A stretch of DNA of 64,000 bases from a bacterium. Lineage in GTDB: Bacteria; Krumholzibacteriota; Krumholzibacteriia; G020349025. The stretch covers positions 1 to 64,000 of the forward strand of contig JANLSU010000014.1 of NCBI GenBank assembly GCA_031362565.1, given 5' to 3'. Below are positions 17,112 to 26,338 of the stretch, piece by piece. The first letter of the stretch is position 1; the number at the start of each line of letters is the position of its first letter. The translations under genes were made by a program, and so were the position numbers. The notes under the pieces were generated by a model that did no database searches, was not told the origin of the DNA, and saw nothing but the letters and a program-made list of their open reading frames with translations.

Positions 17112-20100
17112 ATGTCTCACCTGGGCCGTACAGCGCGGTGTCTCTTGGCGTGCGGCGCGTGGCTGGTGGCGGGTGTGACGACCGCCGGCGCCCACGCCCC
17201 GCAACCGCCGCTCGAAATCACGCTTCGCGCCGACGCCAACGCTCTCGTGTGGTCGCTGAACGCCCACACGCGCCTGCAAGTGCAAGCAACCCGCTGGCAG
17301 GTGCGCGGCAGCGCTCTGGTTCCAGCGCTTCCCGCGTGGGACGGCCGGTGGTTCGAGGCGGAGGCGACCGAGAGCGGTTCGATTCCGTGGCGGACCACAC
17401 CCGGCCTCTGGGTCGAGGTGCAGCTCGATGTTCGGACCCCCGCGGGCGTGCTGACCCTGGGCGCCGCGACACGCCGCCGGCTCGACAAGACCGCCACGCC
17501 CCTCGGGGTTGCGATCGCCAAGTCGACATCCATCGCCGCCGGCGTCGTGCAGGCGCATTTCTTCTATGAAGCGCGGGTGGTGGGCCGCGCCGGCTACACC
17601 GGCGCGAGCCGGGTCGTGCCCGTGCGTGGCGCCGACGCCGTGCTGTTGGATGCGGTGAGCCGCGCCGAAATCGCCCGCGGCGCACTCGACGACGACGGTG
17701 CGTTGCGCCTGACGCTCCCGGCACCGGTCATCGCGCGCCCGGCCGTCATCCGTCTCGAGTCAGCAACCGCCGCCCATCCGGCCTGGAACCTCGCGGTCGT
17801 GACGCCGCCGCCCGATCGTCCGAACTCGGCCGCCGACGCCCGGCCCCACGGTCTCGAAACGCAGCCTTTTCTCCTCGACCCGGCCGGCAACGATCTTGGG
17901 CGCATTGTGGCGCGCGACCCGGACGGATTCGGTGCGGTGCAAGCGTTTCACATTTTCGACTTGGCGCGCGATGTCTTCGTGGCGGTCGGCAGCGCGGCGT
18001 TTCCGGGCCCAACGTTGGGACGCGCCGATTCGCTGCGCATTTTTTGGGGCCCGGAGCTGCGCATTCGCGCTTCGGCGCAAGCCGGCCACGAGATCGAAAT
18101 CACTTCACCTTCGAGCGGCGACACGGACGGTTGGAGTGATGCGGTCGTGCTGCATGAAATCGGTCATTTCGTCGCCCAGCGCTTGTTCCGCGATGCGAAT
18201 CCCGGCGGCATTCATCTGCTCGGCGATGTCGACCAGGATGTGCGCCTCGCTTGGTCGGAAGGCTTCGCCACCGCTTTTGCCTGTTGGATGCGCGATTGGC
18301 GCGCCACCCATCGCCGCGACGCCAATGGCACGCCGGTGGACGACGATGTCGCGACCTATGTGAACGTCGGGCTGCCGCCGCCGAACGGGCTCCCGGGCGC
18401 ATTGCAGTTCGCGTGGGATGTGGATGGCGACCGGCTGGGTGCAATCGCGCTCGCACGGCAGGGAATCGGCAGTGAAACGAATGTTGCCGGCATCCTTTGG
18501 GACGCAGTTGATGCGGCGGGGAGAACCGGGCCCGACGATGAGTCCGTGGCGCTTGGTACGGCGCGGGTGTTCGGCGCGCTCCGAAGTTTGCGCGCCGTGC
18601 CGAATGCCACCCCGATCTCGTTCGAGGACTTCTGGCGCGCTTGGCGCCGGACGGATTCCGAACCCGAGGCGCTCGCGCCGTTGCTCGCCGCGGGCGAAGT
18701 CGAATTTGTCCCCGACGCGGCCGAACCCGACGATGCCGGCCGCGCCGGCGATCCATGGCTGTGGGCCGCCCGGTCGCGCCAGGCGGAGGGCGGCGTGCTC
18801 CTCTCCGAAATCGCCGTCGGAGTCAGCATTGCAGTCGAAATCGTCAACCGCGATAGCGTGCCACACGATCTCGCCGGCTGGGCGCTCGTGGCGCGGAGCA
18901 ACAGCTCGAGTACCAATCCGAGTCTGACGTACACCCTGCCGCCGGCGACGGTTCTCGGACCCGGCGCCCGCCTCGTCGTGCACCGCGACGGCGATCCACG
19001 CGCCAACACGTGGCACGACGTATGGGCGCCCAACTGGACCGCGCCTTGGTTTCCGGCCCAAGAGGGAGCGCTCGCGCTGCTCGATGCAAGCGCCCACGGC
19101 GTCGACTTCGTACGTTGGAATGCGCGCGATGGGACCCGCGCGCTACTGTCGCCACCGGCCGGCACGCACTGGCAAGGCAACCTCGAGGCAGCGCCATTTG
19201 GGGCGAGTTTGCAGCGTTCCAACCGGTTTCCGGATCGCGATCTGGCAGCGGACTTTACTGCCGGCCCGCAATCGCTGGGTGCACCGAATGATACTCCGAG
19301 TGTGCACCGGACGTTTTTTCCGGCGGCGGACATCGACGTCATGCGCTTCGACATCGTGACGGAGGGCGTTTATACCGTCGAAGTTCGCCGCGCCCGCAAC
19401 GGTGCGGTGCCGCGGCTCGAACTCTGGCGTCCGGGAGCTGCACGCGCTCTCGCGGTGAGTGATCCGTCAAGCGCCGACGCGCCGCGCCTCACGGTGCAGT
19501 TGGCGGCGGGGGAGCCCATCGAGATTCGGCTGCGCCATACCGGCAGCCTGACGCAATTTGGAACCTATGACGTAGCGTTGTACGCCGAGCCGGATGCAGC
19601 ACCGTTGCTGGCGCCGATCGGCGTCGACGCCGATGTGCAGGTTGTGGGCACCGCCGGCGCCGTGCATCTGCATTGGCGCAATGCGTCGCACTACGACCGG
19701 GTGCGGGTGCGCATCGACGCCGGACCCTGGGTGGCGCTCTCGGGTGATGCCAATGCGTGGGACTCGGGGCGGCTCGAACGCGGCTCGCATGCGGTCGAAC
19801 TGGCGGCGACGGCGCGCGGTCTCGAGATCGCGGCGCCCGCATTGGCGGTCGATGTCGACGCCTGGCCGGCGGCGCGGGCAGCGAACTTCCAAGCGCCGCT
19901 CGCTCCGGAATGGCGGATCAGCGGCGGGTGGGAGCGCGCGCCCGCGCCCGGCCGCCCGGCGCTTGCACTGACCGAAAGTCCGAGCGGGGCCTACGCCGAC
20001 GGCAGTGAAGCCACGGCGGCGTGGAACGCGACGGTGCTCGTGGCCGCGAACACGGTTCTCGAGTTCGATCACATTTGTGCGGTGCGGCCCGAAGACGTCG

Positions 20101-20642
20101 CGGCGGTGGAAATCACTGACACCTGGGGCGGCCGCTGGGCGTTACTCGAACGTTGGAACTGGAACGCGCATGCCGATCCGCAGGGCGCCAATTGGCGGGA
20201 CGGCAGTGCCGGGCCCGGCGATTGGGTCCACGAACGCCTGCCGCTTGGGGCCTGGGCCGGCCGGCCGGTTCAAATTCGCTTTCGCTTTGCCGCCGACATT
20301 CACGCCACCGCCGACGGCTGGTGGATCGACGCGGTTCGTTTCGTGTCCGAAGCACCGCCGCGCTTCGCGCTCCAGCTCGGCAACGCGCTGCCGAATCCGT
20401 TCAATCCGACGACCCGCATTCCGGTGGTGATCAATGCCGCAGTGCATGTTCGGGCGGTGATTGTCGATGCGCGTGGCCGCATCGTGCGCCATCTCTTGGA
20501 TGCCGATCAGCCGGCGTTGCCATTCGATCTCTGGTGGGATGGCCGCGACTACGCCGGCAGGCCGGCCGCTTCCGGGGTCTACTTCTGCCACGTCACCGCC
20601 GGCAACACCGCGGCGACGCGCAAACTCGTCCTCGCCCGCTGA
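17112..20642 (+). CDS. Large secreted zinc-metalloprotease-like multidomain protein with lamin-tail-like, jelly-roll and FlgD/T9SS-like C-terminal domains
   Basis: Signal peptide, VVLHEIGHF...AWSEGFA, VLLSEI..VEIVN..DLAGW (LTD-like), VQIRFRF..DGWWID, C-terminal PNPFNPTT...WDGRD...SGVYF...RKLVLAR. Confidence 0.75.
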   Translation: MSHLGRTARCLLACGAWLVAGVTTAGAHAPQPPLEITLRADANALVWSLNAHTRLQVQATRWQVRGSALVPALPAWDGRWFEAEATESGSIPWRTTPGLWVEVQLDVRTPAGVLTLGAATRRRLDKTATPLGVAIAKSTSIAAGVVQAHFFYEARVVGRAGYTGASRVVPVRGADAVLLDAVSRAEIARGALDDDGALRLTLPAPVIARPAVIRLESATAAHPAWNLAVVTPPPDRPNSAADARPHGLETQPFLLDPAGNDLGRIVARDPDGFGAVQAFHIFDLARDVFVAVGSAAFPGPTLGRADSLRIFWGPELRIRASAQAGHEIEITSPSSGDTDGWSDAVVLHEIGHFVAQRLFRDANPGGIHLLGDVDQDVRLAWSEGFATAFACWMRDWRATHRRDANGTPVDDDVATYVNVGLPPPNGLPGALQFAWDVDGDRLGAIALARQGIGSETNVAGILWDAVDAAGRTGPDDESVALGTARVFGALRSLRAVPNATPISFEDFWRAWRRTDSEPEALAPLLAAGEVEFVPDAAEPDDAGRAGDPWLWAARSRQAEGGVLLSEIAVGVSIAVEIVNRDSVPHDLAGWALVARSNSSSTNPSLTYTLPPATVLGPGARLVVHRDGDPRANTWHDVWAPNWTAPWFPAQEGALALLDASAHGVDFVRWNARDGTRALLSPPAGTHWQGNLEAAPFGASLQRSNRFPDRDLAADFTAGPQSLGAPNDTPSVHRTFFPAADIDVMRFDIVTEGVYTVEVRRARNGAVPRLELWRPGAARALAVSDPSSADAPRLTVQLAAGEPIEIRLRHTGSLTQFGTYDVALYAEPDAAPLLAPIGVDADVQVVGTAGAVHLHWRNASHYDRVRVRIDAGPWVALSGDANAWDSGRLERGSHAVELAATARGLEIAAPALAVDVDAWPAARAANFQAPLAPEWRISGGWERAPAPGRPALALTESPSGAYADGSEATAAWNATVLVAANTVLEFDHICAVRPEDVAAVEITDTWGGRWALLERWNWNAHADPQGANWRDGSAGPGDWVHERLPLGAWAGRPVQIRFRFAADIHATADGWWIDAVRFVSEAPPRFALQLGNALPNPFNPTTRIPVVINAAVHVRAVIVDARGRIVRHLLDADQPALPFDLWWDGRDYAGRPAASGVYFCHVTAGNTAATRKLVLAR

Positions 20643-20747
20643 CCGCCTATTTCTCGGCCGCCGTCCCAGCCCCTGTCTGGCCTTGCTGCCTACGGCCGGA
20701 CGACAGCGGACTCGCCCGCCGCCGCAAACCGCCCTCCAGACGGAGCC

Positions 20748-20763
20748 TGGCACATGAGTTGCG
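20748..20763 (+). promoter_or_regulatory. Sigma54 (-24/-12) promoter
   Basis: TGGCACATGAGTTGCG: consensus TGGCAC-N5-TTGC, intergenic, about 80 bp before the next gene. Confidence 0.7.
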
Positions 20764-20841
20764 GAAACCCGCTCGCCGGTACCGGTTGCGCCGCGGACGC
20801 GGGCGCGAATGCAAGCAAAGCCCACCCGGAGGAGATCTCGC

Positions 20842-22266
20842 GTGATCACGAGCTCGCAGCCATTCGCCGCAGCATCGCGCGCGGCCGCCCGTCGCGTACT
20901 CGTCGTCGACGACCACGCCTCCATTCGCGAATTGCTCGCGAACTGGGCCCGCAATCACGGCTACGAACCAGGCACCGCGGCCGATGGCCGCGCGGCGCTC
21001 GCGGCGCTCGAACGCGACCCTTATGACTTGGTGATTTCGGACGTGCGAATGCCGGATCTCTCCGGCCTCGAGCTCCTGCAGCGCCGGCCCGCCGCCAACG
21101 CCGGCGCCGCCTTCGTATTCATCACTGGTTTCGGTACCGTGCAAGAAGCCGTGCAGGCGCTCCAAGCCGGCGCCCTCGACTACGTGACCAAACCGTTCAA
21201 TGTCGAAGAACTGTTCTCGCGCATCGAGTCGCGCCTGGCGCCGCTGCCGGCGGCGGCCGCGACACCGCGCGAGCGCACCACGGCGCGCGCCGCAGCGCCG
21301 GGCCTGCTCATCGGTGCGCCCGGGACGCTGCAGAAATTGTACGGATTGCTCGATCAGGTCGCACCGTCGCGCAGCACGGTGTTCATCAGCGGGCCGTCGG
21401 GCGTCGGCAAGGAACTCATTGCGACCGAGCTGCACCTGCGCAGCAACCGCACCTCGAAGCCATTCGTCCGCGTCAACTGCCCGGCGATCCCGAAGGAACT
21501 GCAGGAGAGCGAACTGTTCGGCCACGAGAAGGGCGCTTTCACGGGCGCCAATCGCCGCCGTGAGGGGAAGTTCTTCCACGCCAACGGCGGCACCATCCTG
21601 CTCGATGAAATTTCCGAAACGTCGCTGGCGTTTCAGTCGAAGCTCCTGCGCGTCCTGCAAGAACGCGAGTATGAGCGCGTCGGCGGCAACGAGATCATCC
21701 GGCTCGACGTGCGGCTCGTCGCGACGTCGAACCGCAACATGGCCGAGATGGTGGCCAAGGGCAAGTTCCGCGAAGATCTCTTCTACCGGCTCAACGTCGT
21801 CCCGATCGACGTGCCGTCGCTGGCGTCACGCCCCGACGACATCCCGTTCTTGGTGGATCACTTCGTGCGCCGGTTCTGTGAAGAGAACCGCCGCGCCACC
21901 TTGCCGGTGACCGAGGCGGGGATGGCGGCGCTCGTGGCGCGTCCCTGGTCGGGGAATGTGCGGCAACTCCAGAACGTCTGCGAGCGCGCCGTCGTCCTGG
22001 CGCGCGGCGAGGCGCTCGATGTGGCCAGTTTCTTCCTGCATCTCGAAATCGACAACCGGGATGAACGCGCTGCGGCGCCGGTCGAATTGACCGTCGCGGC
22101 GATGGAACGCCAGCTCATCCTGCGGACTCTCGAGCAAACCCGCGCCAACCGCACCGAAGCGGCGCGGCGGCTCGGCATCAGCGTGCGTACGCTGCGCAAC
22201 AAACTGAACGAGTACCGCGCCATGGGCATTCAGGTGGATGCGATGCTCGATTCGGCTGCCGGCTGA
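20842..22266 (+). CDS. Sigma54-dependent response regulator (FleR/FlrC-like)
   Basis: VLVVDD...ISDVRMP receiver, GPSGVGKE, GAFTGA, WSGNVRQL, LGISVRTLRNKLNEY. Confidence 0.93.
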   Translation: MITSSQPFAAASRAAARRVLVVDDHASIRELLANWARNHGYEPGTAADGRAALAALERDPYDLVISDVRMPDLSGLELLQRRPAANAGAAFVFITGFGTVQEAVQALQAGALDYVTKPFNVEELFSRIESRLAPLPAAAATPRERTTARAAAPGLLIGAPGTLQKLYGLLDQVAPSRSTVFISGPSGVGKELIATELHLRSNRTSKPFVRVNCPAIPKELQESELFGHEKGAFTGANRRREGKFFHANGGTILLDEISETSLAFQSKLLRVLQEREYERVGGNEIIRLDVRLVATSNRNMAEMVAKGKFREDLFYRLNVVPIDVPSLASRPDDIPFLVDHFVRRFCEENRRATLPVTEAGMAALVARPWSGNVRQLQNVCERAVVLARGEALDVASFFLHLEIDNRDERAAAPVELTVAAMERQLILRTLEQTRANRTEAARRLGISVRTLRNKLNEYRAMGIQVDAMLDSAAG

Positions 22267-22288
22267 TCGAAGCTTTTTATATAGCGCG

Positions 22289-22317
22289 TTGACGGGTTTG
22301 CGGTGAGTCCCTAGCAT
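22289..22317 (+). promoter_or_regulatory. Candidate sigma70 promoter
   Basis: TTGACG-17 bp-TAGCAT. Confidence 0.5.
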
Positions 22318-22342
22318 GCAGCGGCGTGCGAGGTGATTCCGC

Positions 22343-23791
22343 TTGTCGGATTACGTGTTGGCGATCTTGTCTCCGGCGACGCGCGCCGAACTGTTCGCGG
22401 CCGAAGACCCCGAGCTGCCGTTGCGTGTGGCGCGCGCCGCCGGCGAAGCGTTGGAGATCCTGGGGCACCAACCAGGCTGCCGCATCGTCGTCGTGGAGCG
22501 CGACGTCGAACCGCAGTTGGGGCGCCTGGTGCAGCGCCTGCGGCAGGTGATCCCGGCGGTCGATGTCGTGTGGCTCGCGCCGGCGGTCGGCCCGGGCCCG
22601 CGCCAAGAACTGCACGCCCTGCGGGTCGACTGGCTCGACCGCGGGCTGCCCGCCGCCGACCTGCAGCGCACCCTCCGGCATCGCTTTCGACGCGCCAAAC
22701 TGCAGGCCGAGGCCGGAATCATCGGCCGCGATCCGCAGATCCTCGAAATCCTCGAAATCGCCCTGCAGGTCGGTCCCACGGACATCCCGGTGCTCATCAC
22801 CGGTCCAAGCGGCGCCGGCAAGGAAGGTGTGGCACGGGCCTTTTTCTTGGCCTCGCGCCGCACCCAGCATCCGTTCGTGGCGCTGAATGTCGGTGCCTTG
22901 GCGGAGTCGGTCCTCGAGAGTGAACTCTTCGGGCACGAGAAAGGCGCCTTCACCGGCGCCATCGTCCGCAAGGAGGGCGTGTTCGAACGCGCCGATCACG
23001 GCACGCTCTTTTTGGACGAAGTCGGCGAAATGAGCCCGCACATGCAAGTGCGGCTATTGCGGGCGCTCGACACCGGCGAGATCACCTTGGTGGGCGGCAG
23101 CCGGGCGCTCCGCGTCGATGTGCGGGTCTTGGCAGCAACCAACCGCGCCCTCGATGTCGCGGTGCGCCGCGGCGAATTCCGCGAGGACCTCTACTATCGC
23201 CTCAAGGTGGTGCATGTCGAAGTGCCGTCGTTGGCGGCCCGGCGCGACGACCTGCCGGACCTCGTGCAGTATTTCCTCGACGAATCGGCGCGCCTGTACG
23301 GCACTCCGGTCCGGCGTGCATCGGACGAGACGCTGCGCCTGCTCGCCGCCCACGACTGGCCCGGCAACATCCGCGAGCTGCGGAACGCGGTGCATGGCAT
23401 GGCGGTACTGGCGCAGGGGACGCGGCTCGAACCGGCCGACCTGCCGGAGGCGCTCCGCCGCGAACCGACTCCGAACTCGCTCGTCGCGTTGCATCGATCG
23501 ACCGAACACGCCGAACGCGACGTCATTCTCACCTCACTGCTGGCGCTGCGGCGCGATTTGCAGGAGGTTCTGATGCTGTTGCGCGGCGGCCAGGCGCCGG
23601 CCCGCACGATGATCGTCGAGCCGGCCGGTGAAATCGTCGAGACCGAACCACCGAGCCTGCGCGAAACCGAGAAGGAAATGATCCTGGGCGCCCTCGCGGC
23701 CACGGGCGGCAACCGGCGTCTCGCCGCCGAGCGCCTGGGGATCGCCGAACGCACCCTGTATCGCAAGCTGAAAGGGTTCGGCCTGTCGTGA
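22343..23791 (+). CDS. Sigma54-dependent Fis-family activator with degenerate receiver domain
   Basis: GPSGAGKE, ESELFGHEKGAFTGA, WPGNIREL, LGIAERTLYRK. N-terminus lacks the DD pocket. Confidence 0.92.
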   Translation: MSDYVLAILSPATRAELFAAEDPELPLRVARAAGEALEILGHQPGCRIVVVERDVEPQLGRLVQRLRQVIPAVDVVWLAPAVGPGPRQELHALRVDWLDRGLPAADLQRTLRHRFRRAKLQAEAGIIGRDPQILEILEIALQVGPTDIPVLITGPSGAGKEGVARAFFLASRRTQHPFVALNVGALAESVLESELFGHEKGAFTGAIVRKEGVFERADHGTLFLDEVGEMSPHMQVRLLRALDTGEITLVGGSRALRVDVRVLAATNRALDVAVRRGEFREDLYYRLKVVHVEVPSLAARRDDLPDLVQYFLDESARLYGTPVRRASDETLRLLAAHDWPGNIRELRNAVHGMAVLAQGTRLEPADLPEALRREPTPNSLVALHRSTEHAERDVILTSLLALRRDLQEVLMLLRGGQAPARTMIVEPAGEIVETEPPSLRETEKEMILGALAATGGNRRLAAERLGIAERTLYRKLKGFGLS

Positions 23792-23858
23792 CCGAAGCAA
23801 CGCTGCGGCATGGCGCACCGCGACGCGCCCAAAGGCCCCGCATCAGAGTTGTGCGGAC

Positions 23859-23887
23859 TTGTGTCCGGCATGGGGGCTGCGTATAAT
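23859..23887 (+). promoter_or_regulatory. Candidate sigma70 promoter
   Basis: TTGTGT-17 bp-TATAAT. Confidence 0.55.
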
Positions 23888-23953
23888 CCCAGGGTGTCGT
23901 GACCTGCCCTTGGGTTCCTGCCTGTCCAGCCCCTGCCGAACCGGAGGTCCGCT

Positions 23954-24967
23954 GTGCGATCGACGCTGCGTTTGGTGCTCTGGGGTGCTCTCGTGCTCGG
24001 CGTGCCGCAGGCCGCGCGCGCCGACAAGTACACGGGCAGTTTTTTGGATGGCGGAGCCGGCGCCCGGGCCCTCGGCATGGGCAATGCGTTCACCGGTGTC
24101 GCCGATGATGCGAGCGCGTTGTATTGGAATCCCGCCGGGCTGGCTTCGACGAACCACGATGAAGTGCTGTTGTCGCACGAGTTCCGCTTTGGCGATCTGG
24201 TCGACTATTCCTTCGCCGGCGGCCTCGTCCAGGTGCCGCAGCGCAACGGCCGCCTGGCACTCGGAATCATCCGTTTGGGCGTCGACAAGATTGCCTTCAC
24301 GGATTCGAGCCTGATGACCGATTTGAACGGCAATGGCCAGTATGATCCAGGTGAATTCACCTACGATGAGCTGCGCGATCGCGACAAGATTCACTTCAAG
24401 AACGACGCGGAATACGGCGTGTTCCTGTCGTACGCCCAGCCGACGCACGGCATGCAGGTGGGCGGCAGCCTGAAGGTAATTCGCCAGTCGGTGGGCGAGT
24501 TCACGAGCTTCGGCCTTGGAGTCGACGTCGGGGTCCTGAAACACAACCTGCTCCCCAACTTCGATCTCGGCGTCACCATTCACGACTTGACCGGCACGTA
24601 TGTTTCCTGGAGTACCGGGCGCAAGGAAACCATCAGCCCCGTGCCGCGCATCGGCGCCGCCTACCGCTGGCCTTCGGAAGTCTTGCGCGGCACCGTTCTG
24701 CTCGCCGCCGACGCCGACGTGCATTTCGACAACCGCCAAGTCGCCGATCAGTTCTGGCAGGGTGCGGTGTCGACGAACTTGCACTGGGGCCTCGAGTTCA
24801 CGATGCAGGAGCGGTTGGCGCTCCGGCTCGGCCTGAGCGAGAGTGATTTCCAAGCCGGCGCCGGACTCGTCGCGGGTCCGATCCACTTGGACTACGGCAT
24901 CGTTCCCGACGCGCAGGACTTCGACGTCTCGCAGCGCCTCGCGCTGCGCTACGTGCACACACGCTAG
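23954..24967 (+). CDS. PorV/PorQ-like (FadL-type) outer-membrane beta-barrel
   Basis: Signal peptide, GAGARALGMGNAFTGVADDASALYWNPAGL plug motif, amphipathic beta strands. Confidence 0.85.
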   Translation: MRSTLRLVLWGALVLGVPQAARADKYTGSFLDGGAGARALGMGNAFTGVADDASALYWNPAGLASTNHDEVLLSHEFRFGDLVDYSFAGGLVQVPQRNGRLALGIIRLGVDKIAFTDSSLMTDLNGNGQYDPGEFTYDELRDRDKIHFKNDAEYGVFLSYAQPTHGMQVGGSLKVIRQSVGEFTSFGLGVDVGVLKHNLLPNFDLGVTIHDLTGTYVSWSTGRKETISPVPRIGAAYRWPSEVLRGTVLLAADADVHFDNRQVADQFWQGAVSTNLHWGLEFTMQERLALRLGLSESDFQAGAGLVAGPIHLDYGIVPDAQDFDVSQRLALRYVHTR

Positions 24968-25019
24968 TTTTCCTCCAGACAACAACGCGCGGCGCGCCTG
25001 GAATCCGGGCCGCGCCTCG

Positions 25020-25048
25020 TTGACACATCTATCGCTATCGCCTACGGT
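25020..25048 (+). promoter_or_regulatory. Candidate sigma70 promoter for glgD/glgC
   Basis: TTGACA-17 bp-TACGGT. Confidence 0.55.
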
Positions 25049-25078
25049 TACAGCGATCTCATGGAACCTGGAGACGGC

Positions 25079-26338
25079 ATGGGCAAGGTCCTGGCGTTTG
25101 TGCTCGCGGGGGGGCGGAGCGAAACGCTCGGCGTCCTCACGAAGCATCGCACCATGGCCGCGCTCCCTTTTGGGGGCCGGTACCGGGTCGTCGATTTCGT
25201 GCTCTCCAACTGTGTGCACTCGCGGGTCACGACGGTCCAGATCGCGACCCAATACTCGCCCCACTCGCTGCAGCAGCACATCCAGCAGGGCCGTCCGTGG
25301 GATCTCGACCGCCGCGACGGCGGCGTCTGGGTGTTGCAGCCGTATATGGGGCGCACCGATTCGAATTGGTATCGGGGTACCGCCGACGCGCTGTATCAGA
25401 ACCTCGACATGGTCGGTACGCACCGGCCGGACATGATCCTCGTTCTGTCGGGCGACCAAATCTACCGCATGGACTACGGCGAGATGATTCGCCAGCACCG
25501 CCGCAACAAGGCCGACGTGACGATTGCGGTCAAGGCGATGGAACCGCGGGAAAGCGAACGTTTCGGCATGGTCGAAGTGAGCGGCAACCGGGTCGTCCGC
25601 TTCGAGGAGAAGCCGGCGCGCACCTCGATGTCGTACGTCAACATGGCGATCTACCTGTTCGAGGCGCGCTACCTCATCGAACGCGTGCAGGCGTGTGTGC
25701 CGTCGGGCCGCTTCGACCTCGTGTGGGACGTGATCATTCCCGCCGTGGCCGAGCGCCGCGTCGCACCGTTCCTGTTCGAAAGCTATTGGGAAGATCTCGG
25801 CACGCTCGACTCGTATTACCTGGCGAATCGCAGCCTGTTGCCGGCGTCGTCGACGTACTTGCTCGACCGGCAGTGGCCCATCTACACGCGCAGCGAGGAA
25901 CGCCCGCCGGCCAAGTTCGGTGCGACCGCCGCGGTGCACAACAGCGTCATCGCCAACGGTTGCCGTATTTTCGGCCGGGTCGAGAACAGCATCGTCTTTC
26001 CCGGCGCCATTGTCGGCGAGGGCAGCCTGGTGCGTGATTCGATTCTGTTCTCGGGCGCGCAAGTGCACCGCGGCTGCCGCGTGTCGCGCGCCATCCTCGA
26101 CAAACAGGTGGTCGTCGCGGACGGCGTGGCGCTGGGCGCCGACGGACCGATGACGGCGACTCTCGGGCGCGCCAATCCGCACGCTCCGGAGGTCGTCACC
26201 GAAGAAGGCCTGCTGGTGGTCGGCAAGGGGACGCATATCCCGAGCGGGTTCATCTGCCGGCGTCCGGCGATGATCGACTCGGACTTGCCCGAGGAGTCGG
26301 TGCGGGCGATCGCGCCCGCGTCGGGGGGCGCGGCGTGA
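25079..26338 (+). CDS. glgD: ADP-glucose pyrophosphorylase family, GlgD-like subunit
   Basis: LAGG...HRTMAALPFGGRYRVVDF (no RAKPAV), WYRGTADA, LSGDQIYRMDY, FEEKP, beta-helix. Confidence 0.7.
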   Translation: MGKVLAFVLAGGRSETLGVLTKHRTMAALPFGGRYRVVDFVLSNCVHSRVTTVQIATQYSPHSLQQHIQQGRPWDLDRRDGGVWVLQPYMGRTDSNWYRGTADALYQNLDMVGTHRPDMILVLSGDQIYRMDYGEMIRQHRRNKADVTIAVKAMEPRESERFGMVEVSGNRVVRFEEKPARTSMSYVNMAIYLFEARYLIERVQACVPSGRFDLVWDVIIPAVAERRVAPFLFESYWEDLGTLDSYYLANRSLLPASSTYLLDRQWPIYTRSEERPPAKFGATAAVHNSVIANGCRIFGRVENSIVFPGAIVGEGSLVRDSILFSGAQVHRGCRVSRAILDKQVVVADGVALGADGPMTATLGRANPHAPEVVTEEGLLVVGKGTHIPSGFICRRPAMIDSDLPEESVRAIAPASGGAA

